Shown: positions 36,314 to 37,281 of the stretch, in pieces
How positions within the stretch are numbered: the stretch's first letter is position 1
Layout of the letters: each line of letters starts with the position of its first letter
NCBI GenBank assembly: GCA_000320545.1
Contig: ADNK01001562.1
Location: 1 to 37,281, forward strand
DNA: 37,281 nucleotides
Reading direction: 5' to 3'
Origin: Bigelowiella natans CCMP2755
Lineage: Eukaryota > Protista > Cercozoa
Translations under genes and position numbers: made by a program
Notes under the pieces: model-generated
Seen by the model: the letters and a program-made list of their open reading frames with translations, nothing else
Databases searched by the model: none
What the model was told of the DNA's origin: nothing

Positions 36314-37281
36314 TAGAGTATAGGCTGACCATAGGCAACCTCTACCCTTCCTTCTTTTTTATATATGAACGCTTTTCATTGTATCATAAATCTCATGCTG
36401 CTATCACTTTTCTCGTCTTCGTCGTCTGCGCTGGTTAGAGGCGTATCCGCTGCAAAATATGAGTTTTATAATGATGCAAACAGCTATGAGGAGGCTGGGA
36501 GATAAGGGCGGAGAAGAGAGAAGAAGAGACTTATGATTACTATAACTAACGTCTGATTTTACCATGTATTATAAAATATAAAATAATAAAAAATTCATTA
36601 TCGTGACATCGACAAGCTCACTTTGATATGAAATCATGTATTCCAGTGTGTATGCGTGTGAGTCAGTAGGCGTGTGTGTGTGTGTGCGTGTGTGTTTGTT
36701 TAGGACAGTCTATCTCATAAAACACATTCCAAATGTATGCACACATAATAAATATACATTTTTTTAAATATATTTATTATATAGATTTTATAATGAAATA
36801 TGAAATCAAAATTACAAAGCGATTGTTCAAGCTCGTCTTCATCTTCTTCAGCATCGTCCTCGTCGCCACAGCCATCCTCAGCTCCATCTTCTGCCTTTTT
36901 TATCGTGTGAATTGCCAGGCAGGGAAAAGCACATGTGCTTCAATTTTTATTGAGCCCAGAAGGGCGGACTCCTAGCTCTCACAGCATGGAAGTTTCATAT
37001 GCATATATCCTTCGCCACTTAGCGATTAGAATAAGAAATGATGACGATGAAGGTGTGAGAATTTCACTTCTTTTCCCTCGTAATCGTTACTACCTCTTCC
37101 GATTGCTGCGGCTGCTGCTTAAGGCCCCTCACCGTTGGTTTGTGCAGCACAACCCTTCCGAGTTGCTGTGGTGAAATATGAGAATGGCGTCGAGATAAAT
37201 CGAGAGGAAAATAACAGAAAATATGTAGAAAGAAGCAGGCAGAGAAGGAGTAGGAGAGAAAGAGAGAGGGAGAGGGAGAGA
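33353..37281 (-). CDS. RBM34: RBM34/Nop12-like nucleolar two-RRM protein; 5' end beyond the window, last exon uncertain (stop at 33453 or 33353)
   Basis: Acidic N-terminal exons (about 36120-36210 and 36820-36895). RRM1: SRTLFVGNVP (about 35498-35527)...FGPVESARMRS...KLSKRVAYL...TANAYVVF (about 35063-35086)...FDGHFLRLDYA. RRM2: DHKHSLFIGNL (about 34475-34507)...VRIVRDPMTRVSKGFGYVTM (34046-34069)...IEGRRMRV. The RRM1 insert and NAYVVF are typical of RBM34/Nop12. Confidence 0.88.

Noticed and set aside
452-37174. Numerous ORFs with [16 protein letters not shown], poly-P/G/D/S tracts
   Set aside because: Translations of intronic microsatellites.
1-37281. tRNA, rRNA or snoRNA genes
   Set aside because: None recognisable by eye; Infernal/tRNAscan would be needed to exclude small intronic RNAs.

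Overview
Eukaryotic (protist-like) nuclear DNA. It is very intron-rich, with exons of about 30-180 nt and introns full of (TA)n, (CA)n, (GA)n and poly-C/G tracts, so most ORFs in the supplied track are artefacts. Splicing by hand gives seven genes: a phosphatidylinositol transfer protein (-), a UbiA-family prenyltransferase (+), a diacylglycerol lipase/Lipase_3 (-), SAP18 (-), a DUF3179 domain built into a signal-peptide/single-TM protein (+), an orphan SUI1-like + RING + Gly-rich TM + J-like protein (-), and RBM34/Nop12 (-, running off the right edge). The strongest unexplained signal is four intergenic islands (about 7.4-8.6, 19.7-21.4, 28.85-29.6 and 32.4-33.1 kb), one holding a 404-bp MITE. 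In the three islands counted, TpA is largely erased except inside CTAG, TG/CA are enriched, CpG is retained and CTAG/AGCT words are micro-duplicated. This looks like a repeat-associated TA->TG/CA mutator running opposite to fungal RIP. All gene models are manual and family calls come from recognised motifs, not database searches.
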